Shown here: positions 12,297-23,908 of the stretch, piece by piece | How the letters are laid out: each line of letters starts with the position of its first letter | How positions within the stretch are numbered: the first letter of the stretch is position 1 | NCBI RefSeq assembly: GCF_006345805.1 | Contig: NC_043024.1 | Location: 10,974,001-11,038,000, forward strand | Length of the DNA stretch: 64,000 nt | Direction: 5' to 3' | Origin: Octopus sinensis | Taxonomy: Eukaryota | Program-made: the position numbers and the translations under genes | The notes under the pieces: model-generated | Database searches by the model: none | Seen by the model: only the letters and a program-made list of their open reading frames with translations | Told to the model about the DNA's origin: nothing

Positions 12297-12467
12297 CATA
12301 TATACGACAGGCTTCTTTCAGTTTCCGTCTACCAAATTCACTCACAAGGCAGTGGTCGGCCCGGGGCTATAGCAGAAGACACTTGCCCAAGATGCCACGC
12401 AGTGGGACTAGGGATTTTGACCTTTAAATTTTGGGGGAAAATGCGGATTATACTTGAGGATTTATGG
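11618..12467. mobile_element. Tc1/mariner-type MITE with a nested SINE family 1 copy (about 12073-12410)
   Basis: TA|CCGTAAATCCTCGAGTATAA ... TTATACTTGAGGATTTATGG|TA terminal inverted repeats with TA TSD. Confidence 0.75.
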
Positions 12468-13324
12468 TATTTGTTCATATTGGTTTTAATTGATCCTGCA
12501 TTACCTTTTAACTTCTATAGTTTGATGATGGGATTGTTTATTTTAAGGATAGGTGTGAGAGGCTGCACCTGGTCATTTCGAATACAAAGCAGGTAAAATA
12601 TTTGGGCTGGATATGGCTGCTTTAAATCCTAAAGGGTCAAGATGGTGACAATTTCACAAAGAAACTCAATTTTGAAGACGTAATTTGTGTGTGTTCATCT
12701 CTAAGTTATGAGGACATAAACACACCAGCATCAGTTGTCAAGCGATGTTGGGAAGACAAACACAGACACACATACATATATATGATGGGCTTCTTTCAGT
12801 TTCCGTCTACCAAATCCACTCACAGGGCTTTGATCAGCCCAAGGCTATAGTAGAAGACACTTGCCCAAGGTGCCACGCAGTGGGACTGAACCCAGAACCA
12901 TGCGGTTCATAAATAAGCTACTAACCATACAGCCACTCCTGCACCCTTTATGTGTACAGAGAGAGGGAAAGGGTTTGTAAACTAGGTTCAATTGATAAAT
13001 TGCAATGTCCTCCATCTCCCTCTGTGTGTGTGTGTGAATCTGTTTGCCTCCAGTGCCAAAAAGTACTCACCAAAACAGATCCAATGTCCAGCTGGCTGTG
13101 CTGATCCCTCAGCATCCAACTGGCCTTGCCCACTAGTCTCATTCTAATTTCCAAATAGAACCAAACCGATCTGATAGACGGAACCCTTGTCTTTCGAACA
13201 GATATATACAAAAGGTGAGTGATGAAGAAATAGGTAGTTTTAGAGTGTGCCACTGTTTACAGGGGTCAGCATAAAACCCACCCCTGTGCGTGGCACATGT
13301 TTTACAGCATTAAATTCAACTTAC

Positions 13325-13372
13325 CTGGCCATTGGGTGTCACCTGACTGCATGTCACACTGAGATCGTCAGA
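13325..13372 (-). CDS. TBL3: TBL3 coding exon 4 (48 nt)
   Basis: ttttccag|SDDLSVTCSQVTPNGQ|gtaag; equivalent to EDQEDITAFDLSPDNE; phase 0-0. Confidence 0.75.
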
Positions 13373-13442
13373 CTGGAAAACAAAATATAAATAAACGATC
13401 AAAGAAAAGGCATTTGCAAAACACCCATAACACACACACATA

Positions 13443-13872
13443 TGTCTTATTTTCATAAGTTCTGAATTAAAATCTTCCACCAAACCTTCGTCACAATTTA
13501 TGTTCCTAACACTAGCTGAATGATAACCAAATTATTTTACTAAATTCTTTGTTATATTTAAAATGAATTGAAAGAAACACAGAGCATCTCAACAGAAATA
13601 TGGTAACAAAAGGGTTAAAATATATAATAGAGAAACAATTCTTAACCCTTTTGATACCAACCTGCCTGAAACTGCCTCTGGTTCTGTAGTACAAATGTCT
13701 TGTTTTCATAAGTTCTGAATTAAAATCTTCGTCACAATCTTAGTCACAATTTATGTTCCTAACACTAGCTGAATGATAAACTAAGTTATTTTACAAAATT
13801 CTTTGTTATATTTTAAATTAATTGAATGAAACACAGAGCATAGCAAAATAAATATGATAACAAAAGGGTTAA
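13443..13872 (+). mobile_element. piggyBac-type MITE, partial dimer with 23-bp spacer
   Basis: TTAA-CCCTTTTG(A/T)TACC TIRs; spacer AATATATAATAGAGAAACAATTC at 13619-13641. Confidence 0.8.
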
Positions 13873-13928
13873 GTTGAAATGTAGAGCAGCCAGCCAATTC
13901 CAAGAAGGTAAACTAATATTTCACTTAC

Positions 13929-14018
13929 CAGTTTTATTGTTCGAGTGATTTTTCCATTGTCTTTCGACAGAACATTCACCTGGGTTTTGTAGATACATAT
14001 TAAATGATCTTGTGTCAC
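13929..14018 (-). CDS. TBL3: TBL3 coding exon 3
   Basis: VTQDHLICIYKTQVNVLSKDNGKITRTIKL; resembles GQHLFCVCGTRVNIL; 90 nt, phase 0-0. Confidence 0.85.
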
Positions 14019-14994
14019 CTGCAAAAAAAAGTTATTCACATTCATTATAATTATCATTGTTTAAACACCTGCTCCTCCATGCTTGCATCAATCAGACAGA
14101 ATTTGTTGGGGCAGGTTTTCTATGGTCTGTTGCCCTTCCTGTTGCCAACCATCACCTGATATTTCCCCGTGGCCAGACATGCTTTTCGCAAAAGACTGGA
14201 AACAAATAACCTCGCTTGTATGAAAAGGGTGTACATTTATTACAACCATCCCATGATGTCTAAGCAAGGGTACACACAAACACACACAAAACAGGCTTCT
14301 TTCAGTGTTCTTCTTACCAAGTCCACTTACAGGGCTTGCTTGACCCTTTGGCATTTAATCCAGCCAAAATATTTTACTTGCTCTATGTTCAAACTGGCCA
14401 GATCTGACGTCTCACACCTACCCTACAATGTCATTTTGAACATAAATAATTCCGCTGTCGAAATCTCTCATGGTTAGGAGATAATGCAAAACAGGATGAA
14501 TTCAAAACAACATCATCATTTAATGTCTGTTTTCCATGCTGGCATAGGTTGGACGGTTCGACTGGGGTCTGGGAAGTCAAGAGGCTGCACCAGGCCCAGT
14601 CAGATCTGGCAGTGTTTCTACAGCTGGATGCCCTTCCTAACACCAACCACTCTGTGAGTGTAGTGGGCGCTTTTTACGTGCCGCCGGCACAGGAGCCAGA
14701 GGAGGATGGCAAACGGCCACGATCGGTTGGTGCTTTTACGTGTCGCCGACACAGACACCAGTCAGGCAGCACTGGCATCTGCCACGTTCAGATGGTGCTT
14801 TTAATGTGTCACCGGCACGGGTATCTTAACTACAATTTCCATTTGATTTTCATTTTGACTCAATAGGTCTCCTCAAGAACAGAGGGTCACTCTACGATCC
14901 AAGGTTAGCACAGCAGGCCATCTTGCAAGCCATGAACTCACTTCATTTGTTGGGTGCATAAATAAGCGCATTACATTTGACAAAATAATCTGAA

Positions 14995-15265
14995 CGTTAA
15001 AGGGTTAAGGTACCATATTCACATTGAATTTTAAAGGGTTAAGGTTCCATATTCACTTGAATTTTAAAGGGTTAAGGTGCCACATTCACTTGAATTTTAA
15101 AGGGTTACGGTTCCATATTCACTTGAATTTTAATGGGTTACGGTTCCATATTCACTTGAATTTTAATGGGTTAAGGTGCCATATTCACTTGAATTTTAAA
15201 GGGTTAAGGTGCCATATTCACTTGAATTTTAATGGGTTAAGGTGCCATATTCACTTGAACTTCCA
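14995..15265. repeat. 33-bp minisatellite, about 8 copies
   Basis: Unit TTTAAAGGGTTAAGGTGCCATATTCACTTGAAT; 11-aa periodic ORF (LNFKGLRCHIH). Confidence 0.92.
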
Positions 15266-15460
15266 AACCAAAGAACCATGAATTATTCATGAAATAAAGG
15301 CCCTACAGAAAAGGAAAGGTGGAAGTGGTGTTGTTCATGCTTTTCTCAAGAGAATCAGCAGTGTTGGAGAAGTGAAGTGAAATGGTGTGAGGCTTGGCAC
15401 CAGGTTCTTCAGGCTAACATGTATTCTACAAGAGTCACAGAAGAATAGAAATATACTTAC

Positions 15461-15512
15461 AGAAATCTTCCCAGCACTGTAGAACGGACCATATTCCAGT
15501 GATTTACTGAAA
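15461..15512 (-). CDS. TBL3: TBL3 coding exon 2
   Basis: FSKSLEYGPFYSAGKIS; carries the PFYxGG-like TBL3 N-terminal motif; 52 nt, phase 2-0. Confidence 0.8.
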
Positions 15513-17541
15513 CTAGAAGAAAACAGGGTCTCAAAATCTACATTCTATGTCAGTCTTGGACAACAGGCAAAGGTTACGAAGGCACTGAGCCATCTCCTTC
15601 CCTCCTCTTTCTATTACTTACTCTTGAGGACTTGCATACATACACACACACACTTCATCTCAATCGAAGGAGAGGGTGGCGGATCCGTGGAATAAGCTGC
15701 CGACGACCGCTCGGTTCAAAGTTTCCCTTGATCACAAATGGCCTGAACACCACCCTGTACATAACTCCATGCCCCCCTACATGGCCTTGCTTTGTGCTTT
15801 TTGAGCCAAAAAAAATTTACTTAACTTAACATCATCATCATTTAATGTCTGTTTTCCATGCCAGTATGGGTTGGATGGTTTGACAGGAACTGGCTAGCAG
15901 GGACCTGTCCAGACCCCAATTGCCTGTTGTGACATGGTTTCTACAGCTGGATGCCTTTCCTAATGCCAACCACTTTACAGAGTGTGCTGGGTGCTTTTTA
16001 CATGCCACTAGCACGGGTGTGTCATAAGTGGTGCCATCACCTGAAAGGAGAGGCCTGTAAGTGTGAAAGACAATGGCTTTACTTAGCTTAATGTGTCTTA
16101 TCAAATACAGCGAATTGCCACATCTCCCAGTGTTTTGTCATTTCCTCAGTGAGGCCTAGCATCCGAAGATCCTTTTTCACCATTTTGTCCCATGTCTTCT
16201 ATGAGTACATTCCACAATCAGACACCTACTTAAAACTAAATCTTTGATTGGTTTGAAGGAAAGAGTTACCTTTACATCTATCCACATTACAGATTCTTAA
16301 TCAAAATCGAAATCGATCAACATCAATGAAAATTGTAGCTGTGATACCAGTGCCGGTGGCACGTAAGAGAACCATCCGAACGTGGCCATTGCCAGCGCCG
16401 CCCCGACTGGCCTCATGCCGGTAGCACGTAAAAAGCACCATCCGATCGTGGCCGTATGCCAGCCTCGTCTGGCACATGTGCCAGTGGCACGTAAAAAGCA
16501 CCCACTACACTCACGGAGTGGTTGGCGTTAGGAAGGGCATCCAGCTGTAGAAACTCTGCCAGATCAGATTGGGCCTGGTGCAGCCTTCTGGCTTCCCAGA
16601 CCCCGGTCGAACCGTCCAACCCATGCTAGCATGGAAAACGGACGTTAAACGATGATGATGATGATTACAGATTCTTAATCACACAGCCTTGCATCTGCCC
16701 TCAAAAGACACCCGTCTACCTTGGAGTAAAAAAGGGATGATTAGACATATCTTGAGGGAAAGTATGTGGCCTAGGGCTTAGGAATGTTCAGCTTGTTCTC
16801 ACAAGGACGTAGGTACAATTCTTGTATTGGACAACACATTGTGTCCGTGAGCAAGACATTTCATTTCATGTCGCACCAGTCTATTCAAGAGAAAAAGATG
16901 TTTTATAAACACATTTCTACCAGTATACGAAGTTTAAAAGTGTTTAGTTAACTAGAAATTGTGTTGACATCTGCCGTTCAAAAGGAAAAGATCCCCAGCC
17001 GTAATGAGTACCAGCTGTGCACTGGTGTAGTGTCCTCTCTTTTCAATTGGCCTTTTTGTTCTACTCATTTCTACCTCACCCTCCTACCTTGAAGATCCAC
17101 CCTAACTTGACACTTCGTTGCCTCTGTAAGAACGACCGTGCGAAGGAGAGGTGACGAAGATGGAGATTGCCGTATGCTGTTGGTCGAGTGTTGTTATAAT
17201 TTGGTGCTGTTAACAAGAAATTACTCTTGGCGCCAATAAGGGAACCTCTAACCGTATCTTCCTCTATTCGCACTGTATTACCGTCTTAAAACTGAAACAA
17301 GTAAAAGAGTATATAACTTTACAAAAGTGATGGTTCTAGATATTCTACATCTCAACGACAGTGAAGTTACGGCTGGAATGTCTCCGACCATGTCTGCTGG
17401 ATCAAGGCTCATCTAGGGCTTGCATCACAGAATACTTTATATCTTAGCAAGTGTAGTTTCACGTTCAACACTGTTAACTATTTCGTTTTTGGATTTGGTT
17501 TTCAAGATTCTTTATATGAGTTCGTGTGTTGAAGCATATTC

Positions 17542-17828
17542 TGTTGTGTCTGGGGAGAGTCATTCTCTTTTAGTGCCTTATTATTTAACACACTCACCGG
17601 TAAAATTTCCACTTATTTCATATTTTTATTTTCCTAAAATTTTCATTGTGTCTTGCAACTTTTTCAATAGTCTTGACTCTGTCCCTTATTTACACCGAGT
17701 TCCCTTTTGTTGCAAGACGCAACGAAAATTTTAGGGAAATAAAAATAAGAAATGAGTGGAAATTTTACCAGTGTGTGTGTGTTAAATAATAAGGCACTAA
17801 AAGAAAATGACCCTCCCCAGACACATCA
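17542..17828. mobile_element. Foldback MITE with long TIRs
   Basis: TGTTGTGTCTGGGGAGAGTCATTCTC ... GAAAATGACCCTCCCCAGACACA; second copy at 18090-18744; right-arm fragment at about 6130-6232. Confidence 0.75.
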
Positions 17829-18337
17829 AAATAATCTATGATCTGTTTATTACTTTCTTCAAGCCTATTAAAAGGTTTCGATTTCTCTCAGTTCCTTCAT
17901 TTAGGATGAAACACTAACACAAGAAATGAAAAGATATTCAGTCATTGTTGCCATGTGTGTAGAACAGTGCGGTTTATAAGTAACCACCTTTGTAATTTTG
18001 CAAGACCATTTTTATGCTAAGTTCGGGTGGAACTGCAAGTCTCTGACGAGAATGTTTTGCTTCTATGAAGTGGAACAACATTCTAACTCTGTTGTGTCTG
18101 GGGAGAGTCATTCTCTTTTTGTGCCTTATTATTTAACACACTCACCGGTGAAATTTCCACTTTTTTCTTATTTTTATTTTCCAAAAATTTTTGTTGCGTC
18201 TTGCAACCTTTTCAATAGTCTTGACTCTGTCCGTTATTTACACTGTGTTCCCTTTTGTTGCAAAACGCAACGAAAATTTTAGAAAATAAAAATAAGAAAT
18301 AAGTGGAAATTTCACCGGTGAGTGTGTTAAATAATAA

Positions 18338-18707
18338 CACACTCACCCTTTTCAAACTCCACCCGTCTAACACCCGTGGACATGTTTACAAAGTCAGAAA
18401 ACAGCACAGCTCCCATGACTTTCGGAAACATTTTTTCACGCTAAGAGTTGCTGAAGCCTGGAACAAACTGCCGGCATCAGTTGTTAGTTGTCGGAGCACT
18501 GCATCCTTCAAAACTTCCATGCTTCCTGAGATTCACCAACACTACACCTGATCTTTCTCCCCTCCATACACACGCAAGCATGTATCAGACTCATACACTG
18601 TTCGCTTCCCAGACATTTGTATATTACTGCATATACTTTATACGCACCTTTTGACAAGTTGTGGGGCACCTGAGCACTGTAGACAATAATTTCATTATTA
18701 TTATTAT
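18338..18707 (+). mobile_element. CR1/L2-type LINE 3' fragment inserted in a MITE arm
   Basis: TRGHVYKVRKQHSSHDFRKHFFTLRVAEAWNKLPASVV is a typical CR1-group C-terminus; (ATT)n tail; splits the right TIR of the 18090-18744 MITE. Confidence 0.75.
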
Positions 18708-19212
18708 AAGGCACTAAAAAAGAATGACTCTCCCCAGACACAACTGTTAACAATATTTTCGGTGTTTCTAATATTTTCCGACTTGTTTATCCATCCATAT
18801 GCCTGACTACAACATAGTAAGCTAAAAGCGTTGAAATATATTTATATATCGGTAAATTTTCACCACTAGCTAGCGTGGATGCGCGTGTAAGCGAGTGCGC
18901 GCACCGGGACCACTCTTCTTAAATAGTACCTGTATATCTAGAAATAACGAAAGTTTAATGTCGAAATATACATAGAATATTAGGATCCGAAGAAACTAGG
19001 AATGGTCTTTATTTGGCAATTATTAATACCCACGTTTTCGAAACAGGAGACTGTCGCGACTTCTTCACAGCGTAAAATATATTTGGACATTGTAAAGAAA
19101 CAGAAGTTTGAAAAGTGATGATAACAGTCAAGAAGACTTCACTGTGTTGGGAGTAAATAATTTTTGAATGAAATCGAATAAAGTTAATTTATGAATAATA
19201 AAATAAACTTAC

Positions 19213-19232
19213 TTAATTTTCTCTTTCGACAT
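19213..19232 (-). CDS. TBL3: TBL3 coding exon 1 (ATG, 20 nt)
   Basis: ATG TCG AAA GAG AAA ATT AA|gtaagt; phase 2 matches exon 2 (MSKEKINFSKSLEYGPFY); ETS-like ACCGGATGT just upstream. Confidence 0.6.
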
Positions 19233-19254
19233 TACGAGAAGCAAATAACAAACA

Positions 19255-19305
19255 CGTGTTTGGAACCGGATGTTACACCGCTCTCGTGTACGCATGTGCA
19301 ACATG
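19255..19305 (-). promoter_or_regulatory. Probable TBL3 core promoter
   Basis: ETS-type ACCGGATGT and NRF1-like CGCATGTGCA 30-70 bp upstream of the predicted ATG; motif match only. Confidence 0.3.
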
Positions 19306-19384
19306 ACTTATGACTTGTCTTAAATGTCTGTCATATCTAGACAATGTCTTATGACTGTATTAAAAGCCCGTCATATCTAGATAT

Positions 19385-19727
19385 ACTCTTTACTCTTTTT
19401 ACTCCTTTACTTGTTTCAGTCATTTGAGTGTGGCCATGCTGGAGCACCGCCTTTAGTCGATCAAATCGACCCCAGGACTTATTCTTTGTAAGCCTAGTAC
19501 TTATTCTATCGGTTCTTTTGCCGATTCGCTAAGTTACGGAGGCGTAAACACACCACCAACGGTTGTCAAGCGATGTAGGGGGCGGGGACAAACACAGACA
19601 AACATATACACACACGTACATATATATATATATATGTACTGCTTTTAAATAAAGCATATTACTCTACCCCTGGTATTTGAGTACTCTTTTTTTTTCCACC
19701 TTGTTTTACATTTATGTGTTTACTCCG

Positions 19728-19765
<38 letters not shown>

Positions 19766-19915
19766 GACAGGCTTCTTTCAGTTTCCGTCTACCAAATCCA
19801 CTCACAAGACTTTGGTCGGCCCGAGGCTATAGTAGAAGACACTTGCCCAAGGTGCCACGCAGTGGGACTGAACCCAGAACCATGTAGTTGGTAAGCAAGC
19901 TACTTACCACACAAC
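19385..19915 (-). mobile_element. SINE family 1 between TBL3 and DUS1L
   Basis: Same head, body and tail as 7465-7865, with an extra insert in the central microsatellite. Confidence 0.8.
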
Positions 19916-20199
19916 CTGAGAAAAATTGTTGAAAATATAAAATATCATGGAGTCCCTCATAGGATTTATAGTTCAGGACGGGGTGGAGGGATTTACAAAA
20001 TTTTAATCCGGTTCTTGTCCTAATTTCCATTTATGACATTTACGTTTTCAGTACTTTCCACGTGAAATACGAACCAACGTTGGAGTTGGGAGTAAAGGCT
20101 CAAACGCTGCCGCTCTACTTGCGAGAGACAACAGCCAAATCTCCCTCAAAATCATTCGCTGTCCCCATAAAAGAGGACATCATCTTATAAAAGGACGGG

Positions 20200-20612
20200 A
20201 TGATCATAGCTTACACTGGATGGATGGAAGCACTCCGTCGGTTACGACGATGAGGGTTCCGGTTGATCCGAATCAACGGAACAGCCTGCTCGTGAAATTA
20301 GCGTGCAAGTGGCTGAGCACTCCACAGACACGTGCACCCTTAACGTAGTTCTCGGGGATATTCAGCGTGACACAGAGAGTGACAAGGCCGGCCCTTTGAA
20401 ATACAGGTACAACAGAAACAGGAAGTAAGAGTGAGAGAAAGTTGTGGTGAAAGAGTACAGCAGGGATCACCACCATCCCCCGCCGGAGCCTCGTGGAGCT
20501 TTTTTAGGTGTTTTCGCTCAATAAACACTCACAACGCCCGGTCTGGGAATCGAAACCGCGATCTTATGACCGCGAATCCGCTGGCCTAACCACTGGGCCA
20601 TTGCGTCTCCAC
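20200..20612 (-). mobile_element. tRNA-derived SINE (family 4)
   Basis: Minus-strand head GTGGAGACGCAATGGCCCAGTGGTTAGG...GGTTTCGATTCC; tail shared with 43260-43420. Confidence 0.7.
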
Positions 20613-20829
20613 TTACACTACATTAGTACTAATAAACAACTTATGATGGCCTGCGTTGGCAATGTCTTTCCCTCTATTTTCTCTGCCCATTATTCCTGTG
20701 ACGGTAGAGCCCTCAGGTACCTCTCCATAGGGTTCAAACAGAAGCAACCGTCATTACACTTCACTTTCCGACTAAATTTCCAAGCGTGTCCAATTGAGAC
20801 TACAGATATTATCCAACCATTTCGGTTTT

Positions 20830-21010
20830 GGTCTACTCCTAGATCTTTTGTCAGTTGACTCAGCTTGAAGAATCTGCCTTGCGATTCTTTCCTGCAGTAT
20901 TCTAATCACATGGCCCTTAGTACTGGAGTTGGGACCTCTCAATGCGGGGAAGTAGCGGCTCAACTTGGAGAGGACCCCCAATCTCCGGACTGGTTTCAAT
21001 GTTGGACATG
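20830..21010 (-). mobile_element. RTE-type LINE C-terminal fragment
   Basis: GHVIRILQERIARQILQAESTDKRSRSRPKPKWLDNI. Confidence 0.65.
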
Positions 21011-21602
21011 AAATATATATTTTTATATTTTAATTTTGCTTCTCTGTATAGAAGAGTTATCAAGCAGGCAAACGGGGGTTTCTTCTGAATCCAGGTAAAA
21101 AAAATAAAATAAATAAAGTCACAGGGGTTTTGTCCAGGAAAGGCGGCTGTCCCAGGGGGGGGGGTTGTCCGGATCCCACAAATTAATTGTGACTTTATTA
21201 CCGGCCACCATAAATTGTGCGCGCGCGCCGGGACCACTGTTCGCTAGTAGTACCATGTAGTTGTAGATCTACTCTAAAACAACGACGGGATAGTCATGTT
21301 CGGAACGGGAATGCTTTTTGATCATTCAAAAGTCGGCCGGATTAGAGGTTGACGAGCTATTTCACCTCCCCTCGCTACTCGGAATTTATTTCGCGAGGGC
21401 TTCTCTTCACACGACACCGTCGGTAATACTGAACGTGATGCTCTGATCATGCTGTGGTCATCCTCCGATTCACATGGCAACGTTTCTGTATTTCTCGAGC
21501 AAATCTTCACCACAAGTGCTTACGACTACTCTTAGAGACGAACCCGCCTCTCTGTAGCTGCCCCTCCACCCGATTTCTTTTAAATATACCCCGATCTTAA
21601 TT

Positions 21603-21654
21603 ATGGCAACCGGGACCCCGGCTACTCAATCCACAATATGCGAAAACCAACCAG
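21603..21654 (+). CDS. DUS1L: DUS1L coding exon 1 (predicted start)
   Basis: ATG GCA ACC...CCA G|gtaatt (MATGTPATQSTICENQP); phase 1 matches the next exon; lies in a CpG-richer segment; no homology support for this peptide. Confidence 0.55.
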
Positions 21655-23519
21655 GTAATTATACATAATTATCCAATATATACACACTTTTATATACCCA
21701 CGGATACCTCCAAGATAAATAGACACCCTACATTATATAACTTTTCATCTGTGCCAACAATATTCGTTGGTAATCTGCCCAAACGGGTTAATTAATATAA
21801 GCTGCCCAAGGCGTGTCTACCAGATAATTAAGTATTTAATTGCATCAAATTACTTTATTTAGTTTCTAGAAATCTTGCTAAAATTATTGAAGGTGTCTAT
21901 TTACTTTTGAGACGTTTGTATGTATATTTTTTTTCCGGCTCAACAATATTTTTTTCGTATCTCGAGACACGGAAAAATCCTCCGCGTTAACCTAGATACT
22001 ATGGAAAGGTGATCTTTGGCTCCACCCAAGATCATTAGGCCTGGACGTTGCCAACGAAGAAGAAAGGCTATTCCTAGTTGCTTGACCTGCTAGAAATACC
22101 AAGCAAGTCTCCTTCAAATCACATACTTTTACAAAAGAACTGAAGGACGCATTTGGGTTATGTAGTTTCCGCATGTGCATTAAGTCTGGAAATAAGATGT
22201 GATGGTCACGGATGGAGTACCTTTGATCGTAGTCCCACTTGATCAGAGCTGACCTGAAGCCTAAATAACAGCATCTATGGTTTTGGAATCGTGTGTCACG
22301 TTGCTTTTAAAGACGAATGTTGATTTCTTACTCTATGAGTATCTGCCTTTGTTATAGAGGCCTAAGTTTTTCGGTAAAATGTTCGAATTTTACCAGTTTT
22401 TCTTACGAAAACTGTAGAAAATAACCCCCCATCGTTACAGAAATTAGCACAAAGAGGCATTTTATATATTATATTTTAATTAAAATTATGTTTACCCTGT
22501 GAGAAATACGTTTTCGTTACAAAACTATCAAGTTATTAATTCGAAGTAGGTCTCTCTGACCAGCAACACGGAACTCATCTCTTCACATAATTAACTTATT
22601 CTTGATGAATCTCATTAACTGTTGTTGTTCATCTTCAGATCAACCTTAATTAAATTCATTAAAACTGGTGAAGTTTTACTTTGGTATGGAAGAGACTAAC
22701 ATCTGTTGTGCAGTAGAATTAGTCCACATTGCAATCCGATTGCATCATTCGTCAAAGACTTTTGTATTTAGAAATGAGGGCAAACAATGTCTTTGTTTGA
22801 TTTCCTTCCTTGTTATAAAAATATATATGCGTGATATTTTGTAAGCTTGGTGAAAATAGAACTCAAAACATTTGTGTGTGTGTGTGTGTGTATATATATA
22901 TGTATGTATGTATGCGCAGGAGTGGCTGATAAGTAGCTTGCTTACCAACCACATGGTTCCGGGTTCAGTCCCACTGCGTGACACCTTGGGCAAGTGTCTT
23001 CTACTATAGCCTCGGGCCGACCAAAGCCTTGTTAGTGGATTTGGTAGACGGAAACTGAAAGAAGCCCGTTGAATATATATATATAAGCATAGGAGTGGCT
23101 GTGTGGTAAGTAGCTTGTTTACCAACCACATGGTTCCGGGTTCAGTCCCACTGCGTGGCACCTTGGGCAAGTGTCTTCTACTATAGCCTCGGGCCGACCA
23201 AAGCTTTGTGAGTGGATTTGGTAAACGGAAACTGAAAGAAGCCCGTTATATATATATGTTTGTATGTCTCTGTTTGTCCCCCCAACATCGCTTGACAACC
23301 GATGCTGGTGTGTTTGCGTATAGAATAAGTACTGGACTTACAAAGAATAAGTCCTGGGGGCGAATGATCTACAAATGTATATTTCACTACCTCGTGGAGT
23401 ACAGCTCACAGTTAATTGAAGTCATACAGAATACTTATCGTTTAATTGGATTCGAATTTTCACACGGAATTAAGGGAATATGATACGTCGTACGATTAAT
23501 ACAAAATATTATTATATAT

Positions 23520-23908
23520 TACTACCCCCGCCTTAACGAAGGCGGGGGTATTGTTTTCACTGGGCTCTTTTCTTTTTCTTTTTTGTCCGTGGACAAGATA
23601 TTTCAAGAACTGCTGGATGGATTCGGATGAAACTTTCAGGGATATTTGGCCTCATGATTGGCACGACCCGATTCGATTTTGGGATCGATCCGGTCCCGGA
23701 CAAGCATTCTGGATTATTTTCCCTGTTTTTTTTTTTGTGGGGGGGGGTACTTAATTTTAATGAGCGATCAGGTTCATATTTAGTATTCTCGTTTGTAAGA
23801 GCAGTCGAGTTTATTTCAGATATTCTCACTTTGAAAACCATCTCTGGCTAATCGTTGAGAGGACGTTGGTGTTGCCTTGGTGGAGGTTTGCGCTCTCTGA
23901 GTGCTTTT
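23520..23908 (+). mobile_element. Helentron/DINE-1-like non-autonomous element
   Basis: 5' palindrome TACCCCCGCCTT-AACG-AAGGCGGGGGTA; 3' CCTTGGTGGAGGT plus hairpin GCGCTC-TCT-GAGTGC and a T run. Confidence 0.55.

Noticed and set aside
13069-13170. Possible extra TBL3 exon with a strong donor (TTG|gtgagt)
   Set aside because: Weak acceptor, in-frame stop in the required phase, no TBL3 similarity; exons 4 and 5 already join in frame.
22590-22640. Minus-strand CTGAAGATGAAC resembling a Penelope hammerhead start; also CTGAAGAAGGG at about 63550 and CTGACGA at 10394 and 18043
   Set aside because: No GAAA in register and no stem I complement.
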